Source: Takakia lepidozioides (taxonomy: Eukaryota; Plantae; Bryophyta). From it: a stretch of DNA of 64,000 bases. Shown piece by piece: positions 35,000 to 45,158 of this stretch (positions within the stretch are counted from its first letter, which is position 1; every line of letters starts with the position of its first letter). The stretch lies in NCBI GenBank assembly GCA_030704615.1, contig CM060731.1, forward strand, positions 73,842,001 through 73,906,000. The letters are read 5' to 3'. Both the position numbers and the translations under genes were made by a program. Below the pieces are notes generated by a model. The model was not told the origin of the DNA, ran no database searches, and saw only the letters and a list, made by a program, of their open reading frames with translations.

Positions 35000-36757
35000 T
35001 GTACTCGATTATTTTTCACGACTACATTTCAAAGTCGTGGAATATCGACATGAACTCATGTCCAATGCAATTTAACGGCCGAATACACGTGTGTTGGGTA
35101 TATCCGATCTTTGAGAACCACATGCATCCCTATACCCTTGTCGATCAAATCTACCAAAACCTCTTCATGCTCGTCTTGGAGGTGGAAATAGTAGTCTGCA
35201 GTGAAGAAAGTACGGATCTCACTTTCAAGTTCATGTGAAAAAACACTCCATGTAACCTTGGCTTTGTATGGGTGTCGAGTCTATGGAATCCGCTTGCACG
35301 ACGACATCATCACCAACCTTGTGCACAAAAAGCCTTGAAGCTTTACAGATTTATAAAGCTTGATATACTTGCTCCAACGTACTTCATTCTAAGGCCCTAG
35401 TACGCCAATGTCTATCAGATGTTGGCATAAGTACCCCTCCAATTCCGTGCCCATCTCCACCATCTCATTTCTCTTTCTTGTCAACAAAATCCCTTTTGTA
35501 TTCATCATTTCCATACAACTATTGGATTCCACAAGTGCGACCCATTTCAACAAATCTTTGGCCTTTGCAATGGAAGTGACATTGACCGCTCACCTAGAAT
35601 GCCAAGGGCGACAATGCACATACGAGTCTGCACCCAATCAACACCTTGGGGATATACCAGTGCTTCGTGGATCTGAAACATCGCCCTTTGAGCCCCGTGT
35701 AGGCACTCTCAATCAATATAAATTTGCCCTTTCACTCATGTCAGCAAATGTCGGGAGTAGTATCGAATGAGAGAAACCTCCACCTCCTTCTGGTTTGTGC
35801 ATATTCGGTTGTACTAGGAGATCTCTCTCTTGTAGGAAAAACACCAATAGACCTCATGCGGACCAAATCGCACAATGTCATTCAAAATGTGAGCTGAACC
35901 AATGACATGTTCTAAAGAAGCGCTATTGGATCCATCTAACTTCTATGATCGAACTTGTCATGCTTCAAACATGGTCTTCACAATATTGAGAACATCTTTT
36001 GACCAACCCAAAGTCCTGCAATGGTTGGACAAGAAATGTACGTTGTCTACCATAATGATCCCAAGTACTCTTATCTCCTCAGTGATTTTTCCCTCGACCA
36101 CATTCAAAACGTGTGGGAGCATCCATTGGATGAAGTGTTGGTGCTCTTCAGCCATGAATGAACCATGGCCGTCCACTGGTTTGTAGGGCCATCGTCCACC
36201 CCTCAGTTCATAAGGTCGTGGACTCGTCATAACATCACACACCATTCGACCATCTTGAAGAGCATTTGCATCATTACCAGGCTCTTGGAAGTGAAGGACT
36301 TGAATATGTTCAAGCCAGCAATGTGCATGATGTTAAAGATCAAATCCACACACAGATCAAATCCGTACAACTGGTAGAGACACCACCAAAGTAATTCCCT
36401 TGAAATACCACCTTCTTGCAAAATGTTATGTGGTTCTTGGACTGTAGAAGCTCGCTTCCAAGAGCGCACATTGGCAAACAATTCTCCAATTGTGCATCAA
36501 AGAGGAGGAAACCTCATCTGCATTATGTTCCCATCAACACAATATACCTTTCATTGACAAGGGTTGATTGCATGACACATCGTTGGCAAGTAGACTTCCT
36601 TGATTGCTTCAGCATACCAAATTTACTACACTGAGCTGGATGGTCATCCGCAAATAACATAAGCATTGCCCGCAGAATGACACACCCTTGGTCGGCAGAT
36701 ATATGCGAGTTGATCAATCGAGTGGGATATGAGAATGTTGTTTGAAACCCATCATTG
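35000..36757 (-). pseudogene. Degenerate En/Spm (CACTA superfamily)-like transposase
   Basis: Fragments in the expected order: DGFQTTFSY..LRAMLMLFADDHPAQ..C-x2-C; GFDLCVDLIFNIMH; MAEEHQHFIQWMLPH; HILNDIVRFGPHEVYWCFSY (DUF4218-like); C-terminal KVGDDVVV..YKAKV..FSHE..FFTADYY. Many stops and frameshifts; no CACTA TIR pair found. Confidence 0.65.
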
Positions 36758-37404
36758 TCTTATAAATATGCTTATCTGAACACCACCCAACCTTCTTCCA
36801 CAGATGCACCTACGTCCCAATCGCTCCACTCATCCCTTGCTGGCTCACGTCTCACTTTGAGAACATTAGCAGTGATACTTCTTCTTGACCAGCTTCTAAA
36901 TGGTGCAATTTGGACTTTTCGATTAAGGACATCAACTTCTCGCACGATGCCCAAAACTGAAATCGTCAGAGATTCTTTGGCCATTAGTATGATATCTCCA
37001 ACCCTGGCCATGGTGGTACAGTACCTACACCACCCACTTAAACAAACTGGTCTCTAGGTTGAAGATCCTACATCTCATCTACGACACTCTATCCCATTCC
37101 TTGTGGACTATTATGGATTTCGTATGCACCCATGTACAGTATAGCACAAGATTCTAAAATAGAATTGTTCATTGATAACCTCGGTAATTGCCAGAATGAA
37201 TTGCTTCTAGAGGATATTCGCGAAATGCAGCTTCATCATCATAAACGTATATGTCGTAAACACAATAAATCTGTACATTGATTTCATTATCCGTTGCTTT
37301 CGATGAAACGAACAAGAATGTTAACTCCGTTACTGGAAATGAGCGATGACACAAACGAACTAAAATAAATTGCAGATTCACGTTTTTTTTAAGAGTTACA
37401 CAAA

Positions 37405-38341
37405 ATGGGTATTAGAGAGGATATTTTGTTCGAAGCAAATTTGCGGAAATTTAAAAATAGATCAAGTCCTAGAATGATACTGAATCACATGGTTGCAATG
37501 TTCATCTAGGATCTCTAATGCATCCAGATGATGAAGGTCTCGTGGTTCTATCGCAAGAGGAAGTGTTGTCGCAGACAAACTACATCTATGAGCATCCAAG
37601 AGATAATGCGAATGTTGAAGGGCTAGACTAGACACTTTGAATGGAGTATTGAAGCTTCAGGTGGCCAAAAAAGGAGTGTTGGAAACCATAGAAACATCTG
37701 TTGTTTGTACCAAGGATGGATTATGCTTTGCAGCTCTCCATAGTTTGGAATGTCTACTTTCTACACACTCAACAAAGAACCTAAGAGTTGGAGGGCGCCA
37801 GCACGTGAAGATCTTAGCCAAAGATATAAAGATAGACATAAAAACCTTACAAATTTTGGACGGTGATGGTGATCACGATTTCATACCTTTGGGTGGTACT
37901 TGCCCAATCATCCAGAAGACGAATATTCACTTAATTTCATATCAACATATGGTGGATGACAAATTTGAGAGTGTGGGGACCACTGTCACCTATGGGCAAG
38001 TGGTGAACCACTAGAGTGTATATATTGTTGGGAGGCATTATGCGTGTATCTCGAATAGCTCTGGAGGTGCTGTTGTTCATGCTAACAAGCTCGTTGGTAT
38101 CCATGTAGAGACTTTATATGCTAAGGATATTGATGTCAAGAAGGGCATGAAGCGTAAGAACATCAGTGAAAGACTGGATCGGCTCGAGAGGAATCGAAGT
38201 CATAAATCATGTTTGAAGAATTTTGTTGTAGTTTTGACTATAGCTAACTTTCTTGGTGACCACAACCTTATGGAGATGTCACGTTTCACTCATTCACCTT
38301 CGTCAGCATCTCAGAACCGTGCTTCCAGTGGTTTCAGATAG
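37405..38341 (+). pseudogene. Trypsin-like serine peptidase pseudogene, possibly Crinkler-like architecture
   Basis: ORFs 37637-38014 and 38147-38341 share a frame and are separated by one TAG. Read-through gives FAALHSL (His), IDIKTL (Asp), NSSGGAVV (Ser) and KLVGIHV. A frameshifted N-terminal segment starts at ATG 37405. Confidence 0.6.
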
Positions 38342-39529
38342 ATGATGATACCTTCTTCTATGTTCTTATTTTCGACTTAACATAGGTAAGCAATCTAGTA
38401 CAAAAGTGTATTCAAAATGTACCTTGACTAAGATGAGGTCACCTCCATATACAAGTTTTAGCTCTATGCTATTGATTGAAGAATTGGTCATGTCTATTGT
38501 GTCATGTATTGTTAAGCACATATTGCAATGTAATGTGTTTTGTATTGTTGGTCCAAATGTGAATTCTAATTGCTTGAATAAAAAATAAGATTATAAGGTT
38601 CTTGATGAATGATGCAATGGTGTTGGCTAAATCATGAGCAGACATTGGTTGAGCATCCAATATAGCGTTACCCAGTTGGGTGCAACCTACATGATCATGT
38701 TCAGTCATGTCTTGGTCATGTTGGTCAGTCCTAACATGCATGCATCTAAATGCATTGGGGCAAGTTGAAGCATGTGCATTGCAATGCATCCATTAAATGA
38801 CTTGTATTTGCATATTGCTTGATATTATAAAAGGACGGTGGTAAGGGCTTGACATTTTACCCCAAGTGTTGCATGCAAATCTTTCTAACTGGGCATGTTA
38901 GTGGTTCCATTCCTACTTGGGTCTGGTCCTTTCAACGACATCTTTAGGGTGAGCAAGGTGAGCATGGAATCTCTTGGTCTTTTTGAGAAATAACAATAGA
39001 GCTAGTTATGGCTGCCAATTTCACTTAATGAATGCAATGAAAGTAAATTACTGGGGCCTACCAGTTTAGTGGGCAAACAAAGAAGATTTAAATATATAAA
39101 TCTAATTTCTTTGAGATTGAACAACATCTGAATTTTAGGTCAAATATGTACTGTATGATGTTGGATGTGTTGTATGAGACATTCTTCATTACCATGTCTC
39201 TTCATCATTAGTCAATGTCAATAGAAGATATTAACAAATGGAGGTGATATTGTGCTCTTATCCATACGGTGAATGTGTATAGAAGTCAACCAAATTTGAC
39301 CTAAATCAAAACTCTTGTATATTTTGGTGCTCTTAGATTACATGCATGTATACTTGTTCATTTAAAGTCAATTAACTTGAGTATGATAACATTTGGTGCA
39401 AGTGTCTGATGGAACAAAATAACAAGTTTGTGGCAATCGATCAGATCTATTTCCAGTATTAATTAGATCAAATAGATATTGCACTTGGTCCCCACTACAA
39501 CTTATTTCATCATTCAACTGTGAGTTATA

Positions 39530-39770
39530 AAGTGGAGTATGTAACTCATCATAGACCACCAAGTTTCCATCATCTTGCATAAACATATAGCAAAAAAGCT
39601 CGTGACCACATGTGTTGGAGGCCCATATAGCGTTCATCTTGTCATTGTCATATGTATTGATCATACAACACCAAATTGCAGTCATCTCGCACGACTAGTT
39701 GATAATTTCTGTTTTGTATCTCTTGTCCTGCTTTGCATCAACCAATACTCATTCATTGGGCATAAAGACT
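39530..39770 (-). pseudogene. Bulb-type (GNA-related) mannose-binding lectin fragment
   Basis: NYQLVVRDDCNLVLYD, then after a frameshift AIWASNT..MQDDGNLVVYD (QxDxNxVxY motif). Confidence 0.75.
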
Positions 39771-39780
39771 AATATCATAA

Positions 39781-40192
39781 CTCAAGATTTTCAGCAAGCA
39801 TTTCAATATTTCAGCCAGATTTTCAGAAAATATTTTAATATTTCAGCTTGTTCTTCAACAAGTATTTCAACAGTATTCAAGCCAAGTACTAGTATTTCAA
39901 CAAGCATTTCAATATTCAATAAATTACTAAATTTGAAGATCAGGTCTTTTGTTTATGTTTTTGGTTTTCATTTCTGTAATATCATACATCAATATTTAAT
40001 TCATACATAAATAAAGTTCCGTCAAGTTGGCCTTTGTCCATGTATCATAAATAAATAAATGTCCATCTTATGCAGAATATGTCTAAAATATACTAAGTTT
40101 GAATACCTGTGTGATTATCTTAATTCAGTATAATATTTTAAGGAAATTTTCTACTTCTTGGGGTGGAGCCATTACGCGAGTAGCCGCTTGTT
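39781..40192 (+). mobile_element. 3' part of Helentron/HINE-like element homologous to 6860-7352
   Basis: Shares TATTTCAGCCAGATTTTCAG, TTAATTCATACAT, CTTATGCAGAA, TTTTAAGGAAATTTTCTACTT and the terminus GGTGGAGCCATTACGCGAGTAGCCGCTTGTT. Confidence 0.65.
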
Positions 40193-40842
40193 ATGAAAGA
40201 CATTTTCATATCATTGCATTAAACGAACCGTTATTGGTTAACAAATACTTCGTTTTCTTAATAGATGAAATATTCGCTACTCCGCTGCAAAAATTGAACA
40301 TCACATACTCTTGTAGCTCATATCTATTGTTGAAGCCGGATTAGTTAATTCTAATGTAATTTTGGAGAACTTACGTTCAAACATCTTTAAAAAAAAAAAA
40401 AAAAAAAAACTTATTGAACTAATCAATATATTCTTTAAAAAATGCATATTCCAAATGACAAATTAGGGCGCTATTAGCCCTAATTAGCCCGCCTTTTCTG
40501 GAAAGCAGCAAGAGCCTATCAAGTTGGTTAACCTGACCCTGACCACCAAGGTTAAAGGACACCACCAAAAAGGGCAATCCCTTTTTGTGTCCCCCCATTG
40601 ACCTTAGCAACTACTCGTAAACATGTCGGATTATTGGCCCAAGATATCGCATTGGCATGTTGCGCATATTCCCCTATGGGAGTCAAATATATATGTGGGA
40701 ACATGGGTATCACTCCCAACCAGAAATGAGCCTTGCACACATACTAATGATAAAATCTGATAGAACCCGAATTGGAGGGAACACCCGATGAATAAGGACT
40801 AGAGGTGAAGAGAGTTGTCCAAAGGCCTTGTTAGGTTTTGTC

Positions 40843-41589
40843 CAGTGTTGGGCAGGTATTACTTTTTCTAATACCAGCCGGGTCGGGGTATTGAAAAGAA
40901 ATTAATTTTCAATACCAACCGGTTCCATAGTATTGAAAGACTCCCTTAATTTTAATACCCGCCGGTTCTCAATAGTAGTATGATTTTCGATTTGCGGAGG
41001 GGGGTATAAATAATTAAAAATAAAAATAAAAATAACCACTAAATCATTAATATATATTGAATTTAGAAGATTTCAGTTGATTTCACAAAGAAATTAATTA
41101 TTATGTTGAAAAATTCAGTCTTTGCATTACATAAAAACAACGTTGCAGATTTTAGTATCCAAATTGAAGCAAGCTTACTTAAAAGAAGACTGATTGCAAC
41201 CACATAAGACACCCTACATGTGCTAAGAAAAATAAAGGGGGGGCTCGCCCTACATGTGGTAAGAAATGAAGCATAGTGGCGGGCCCTTGGGACATACCCT
41301 CTTTGACATGTGCATCCTTTTACCTTGACCCAGACCCAGCCATTGTGCACCCAGCCAATTTTCTATTCATACCATGGTATAGTCCTTGTTTTTGCCCATA
41401 ATACGGGTATGCACCCCGATATTGCCTTGGCAATACCAGCCGGTCCGGTTATCAACTATGGTATTGGAATTGCCAATACCAGCCGGGTTGGTTATTAACC
41501 ATAGTATTACAAAAGCCAATACCAACCGGGTCGGTTATTCAGTACTCAGGTTCATACCCGACCAGACCCTATATGCCAGTCCAACACTG
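40843..41589. mobile_element. hAT-type MITE (747 bp), 8-bp TSD GTTTTGTC
   Basis: TIR CAGTGTTGG../..CCAACACTG; perfect TSD at 40835-40842 and 41590-41597; subterminal AATACCAGCCGG-like repeats. Confidence 0.92.
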
Positions 41590-42349
41590 GTTTTGTCCAC
41601 CCAGAAGATTTGGGGCCTGCTACTACATGGCCTCAAATTTGTTGTGCTTTATCCATTGAGGTGGCAAATATATTGCAATGACAGGGCATGTTGGGTCGCT
41701 GAACAATGCCATGTGTGTAGTGGACAACAACTGATTTTCAACCAGTCATAGAGCTTAATCGCTTATCCGGCCATTAGTCGGATAGCAGAAGTTCTGATTG
41801 GTGCATAAGAACAGTTGTCTCAGACTCCATCACTCTAGGCTGTTTTTCATCCCCCATCCACCAAAAAGATTTAGCATATCCTTGTGAATTCCATGTTGTG
41901 GTCTCAAAACAAATTATACTTTCCTCCAAGTCATGTTCTGATGCTTTTCAAAATTTGCCTGCATCCACATGCCTATGTCCCTGGCGACCATTTGGAAGGG
42001 AAAGTAGCTCTTATTTCTTCCTTTTCTCTCTCTCTTCCAGTCCATCCGACTTAGATAACCCATGTTCAACTGTGTTGTTGCCTATCTCCATGTCCCAATT
42101 CATGGGTTTAACTTATCTTGCACAGATTTCCGAACCTGCTCAACCTCAAGATTTTGTCATGCATAAACTCTCTGCGGAGAAATCTGTTAAGGTTTTCCAG
42201 GACTTCATCACTTGTACCTGAATTGTTAGATGACACAAGCAGCTCATATTGAATGTACTTCACTGTGATGTGCAATAAGACGCATATTATTTTTTCTGAA
42301 AATTGGAACCTTCATCCTCACCTTTGCAGACGTCTCATGTTCGTTTGTT

Positions 42350-42651
42350 TCACCAATAATCCCCACAAGAACAAGACCCATCTTGGAAATAGTGAAAGTG
42401 GTTGGAATCCCGTACAACAATTGTTTGTCCAGCAATCTTTGAGATGAACTTGGTAGCAGTGTGGCAATCACCACACACATGAAGGTTTTGACATGGATGG
42501 GCATTGCAGGGGGTGTGCTGATGAGCCCAAAAGCTATGGTCAGCTTCTCACTATGGTTGCAAAGTGAAAATTTCTTTTGCTCCACCTCGACATCATGCCA
42601 TGCAAAACATGTGTCAGGCACATACCCAGCCTCTTTCATCTGGCCAGACAA
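42350..42651 (-). pseudogene. Out-of-frame DYW domain of the PPR gene
   Basis: Frame 2: [28 protein letters not shown]. Frame 3: [45 protein letters not shown] (TGA at 42350-42352). Confidence 0.9.
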
Positions 42652-45158
42652 TGCTCACCATGGATTTCCTCGATTTGTGGATGCAACTTGTCTTCTACAG
42701 CGAATGTATGCACCTGGTTGGTCACCTCAATGGAACTGAATCCCGGCTCCTTTCTTACTGCTCGGTCATCCATCATTTGTCTCACCTTTGCTTGATCATC
42801 CCACCGTCCAGCAGCAGCATATGTGTTAGATAGCAACACATACGTTGCCGCATCCTTCGCATCGCACTTGAGAAGGCATTTTGCAGCACGTTCGGCTATC
42901 TCCACATTGCCATGAATTCTGCTGGCACCAAGCAAGGCCCCCCACACTGAAGCACCTGGTTCAATTGGCATTTTGTTAATGAAGGCCTCCGCCTCATCCA
43001 ATCGCCCTGCACGGCCAAGAAGGTCCACCATGCAGCCGAAATGTTCCACTGTAGGAGTGAGGCCATGATCTTGACTCATGGAATCGAAGTACCCACAACC
43101 TTCATCCACCAGGCCCACATGGCTACATGCAGAGAGAAGAGAGATAAAGGTGATACTGTTCGGCTTCAAACCTTCCTGTTGCATTTGTTCAAATAGTTGG
43201 AGGGCCTCCATACCACACCCATGCTGACCATATCCTGCAATCATTGAACTCCATGAGACCACGTCTCGTTCAGACATGTTGTTGAACACTTGGTGTGCAT
43301 CTGTCATGCTCCCGCATTTGGCATACATGTTAACAAGGGTATTCTCCAAATCCACAAATGGCGCAATGCCAGCTTTGATGATATCAGCATGCACCTCTTT
43401 GCCCTTTTTAAGAGCTGCCAAGCTTGCACATGCATTGAGCACGCAAATGAATGTGACCTGGTCGCGTGTCACACCTTCTTGTATCATTTCCTCGTACATT
43501 CGGAAGGCCTCACTACCACGGCCATGCTGAACATATCCTGTTATCATCACACTCCATGAGACCGCATCTTGTTTAGACATATTGTCAAATACTTGACGTG
43601 CATCCTTCATGCTTCTGCATTTGGCATACATGTTAACAAGGGCATTCTCCAAATTTACATATGAGTCAATTCCAGATTTAATAATGTCAGTATGAACTTT
43701 TGCCCCCTTTTCCAGATCTGCCAGGTTGGCGCATGCATTGAGAATGGAAATGAAAGTGACCTTGTTGGGTGTCACCTCCCCACATATCATTTGCTCGTAC
43801 ATCTCAAAAGCCTCCCAACCACACCCATGCTGAGTATATCCTGTGATCATTGCATTCCATGAGACCACACTTCGTTGAGCCATATTATCAAACACTTGCT
43901 GTGCATCCTGCATGTTTCCACATTTGGCATACATGTCGGCAAGAGCAGTCTCCAGAATGACATCCGGTGCAATTCCAGATTTGATAATGTCCGCATGTAT
44001 TTCTTTGCCCCTTTCCAAAGCTGCCAGGCTGGCACACGCGTTGAGAACGCAAATGAATGTGACCTTGTTGGGTGTTATCTTTTCCCAAATCATTTTCTCA
44101 TACATCTCCAAAGCCTCCTTACCCCACCCATGTAGAGTATATCCTGTGATCATCGCATTCCATGAGGCCACATCCCGTTGAGTCATATTATCAAAAACTT
44201 GACATGCACCCTTCATGTTCCCACATTTGGCATACATGTCAGCAAGGGCAGTCTCCAGAATGGTATCTTGTGTAATTCCTACTTTAATGATGTCAGCATG
44301 GACCCCTTTGCCCTTTTCCAGAGCTGCCAGGCTGGCACATGCATTGAGGACACAAATGAATGTGACCTTATTGGGTGTCACTCCTTTCTGTATCATTTGC
44401 TCATACATCTCCAAAGCCTTCGTCCCACACCCATGCTGAGCATATCCTGCGATCATGGCACTCCATGAAACAACATTTCGTTGAGCCATACTGTCAAACA
44501 CTTGGTGTGCATCCTTCATGTTCCCGCATTTGGCATACATATCAGCAAGGGCAGTCTCCAGAATGATATCTGGCTTAACTCCAGCTTTGATCATGTCAGC
44601 ATGCACCTCCTTGCCCTTGTCCAGGGCTCCTAGTCCGGCACATGCCTTGAGAATGCAAATGAATGTGACCCTGTTGGGCAGTATCGATTCCCGTCTCATC
44701 TGTTCATAGATCTTCAAAACCTCCCTGCCACAACCATGCTGCGCATATCCTGCCATCATTATAGTACATGTAAATACATTTCGTTCAGGCATTTTGTTAA
44801 ACACTTGGCGTGCATCCACCACACTCCCACAGTTGTTATACATATTAACAAGGGTGTTGAGTAAAAAGATGCTGGGCTTGAATCCACTTTGGATGATGTG
44901 GGTGTGCACCTGCTTTCCTGCTGCTAAGTCTTTGATTTTGATGCATTCCTGCAAGAGACAGACATAAGTATTGGAGTCTGGTGATCTGCCTCCTTGGTCC
45001 AAAATGTGCAATGCCCCTTTAAGCTGTCCTGTCTTGGTTAGTGTCCTGACAGTGCCACCAGTACCAGAGGAGTTCTTGTTGTATCCTTCTCTTGCTCCTC
45101 CTTCAAAAGCACTGATCATAGTAGAGGTGCACCACTGTGGATCATTCAACCCTGCCAT
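42636..45158 (-). CDS. PLS-class pentatricopeptide repeat protein (20 PPR motifs, E1, E2, E+), terminating before its DYW deaminase core
   Basis: Regular L-S-P triplets, then P2-L2-S2, E1 (VWGALLGASRIHGN), E2 (YVLLSNTYAAAGRW) and PG box RKEPGFSSIEV. The 5' structure is uncertain: a splice acceptor precedes ATG 45158, so upstream exons may exist. Confidence 0.93.
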   Translation of the reverse strand: MAGLNDPQWCTSTMISAFEGGAREGYNKNSSGTGGTVRTLTKTGQLKGALHILDQGGRSPDSNTYVCLLQECIKIKDLAAGKQVHTHIIQSGFKPSIFLLNTLVNMYNNCGSVVDARQVFNKMPERNVFTCTIMMAGYAQHGCGREVLKIYEQMRRESILPNRVTFICILKACAGLGALDKGKEVHADMIKAGVKPDIILETALADMYAKCGNMKDAHQVFDSMAQRNVVSWSAMIAGYAQHGCGTKALEMYEQMIQKGVTPNKVTFICVLNACASLAALEKGKGVHADIIKVGITQDTILETALADMYAKCGNMKGACQVFDNMTQRDVASWNAMITGYTLHGWGKEALEMYEKMIWEKITPNKVTFICVLNACASLAALERGKEIHADIIKSGIAPDVILETALADMYAKCGNMQDAQQVFDNMAQRSVVSWNAMITGYTQHGCGWEAFEMYEQMICGEVTPNKVTFISILNACANLADLEKGAKVHTDIIKSGIDSYVNLENALVNMYAKCRSMKDARQVFDNMSKQDAVSWSVMITGYVQHGRGSEAFRMYEEMIQEGVTRDQVTFICVLNACASLAALKKGKEVHADIIKAGIAPFVDLENTLVNMYAKCGSMTDAHQVFNNMSERDVVSWSSMIAGYGQHGCGMEALQLFEQMQQEGLKPNSITFISLLSACSHVGLVDEGCGYFDSMSQDHGLTPTVEHFGCMVDLLGRAGRLDEAEAFINKMPIEPGASVWGALLGASRIHGNVEIAERAAKCLLKCDAKDAATYVLLSNTYAAAGRWDDQAKVRQMMDDRAVRKEPGFSSIEVTNQVHTFAVEDKLHPQIEEIHGEHCLAR

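Noticed and set aside
38930-38952. TCAAC..TTTAGGGT as the missing piggyBac right TIR
   Set aside because: Poor match, no TTAA, and no subterminal homology to 33400-33492.
43276-44709. Repeated + strand ORFs such as MFPHLAYMSARAVSR
   Set aside because: Antisense shadows of the 303-bp PPR repeats.
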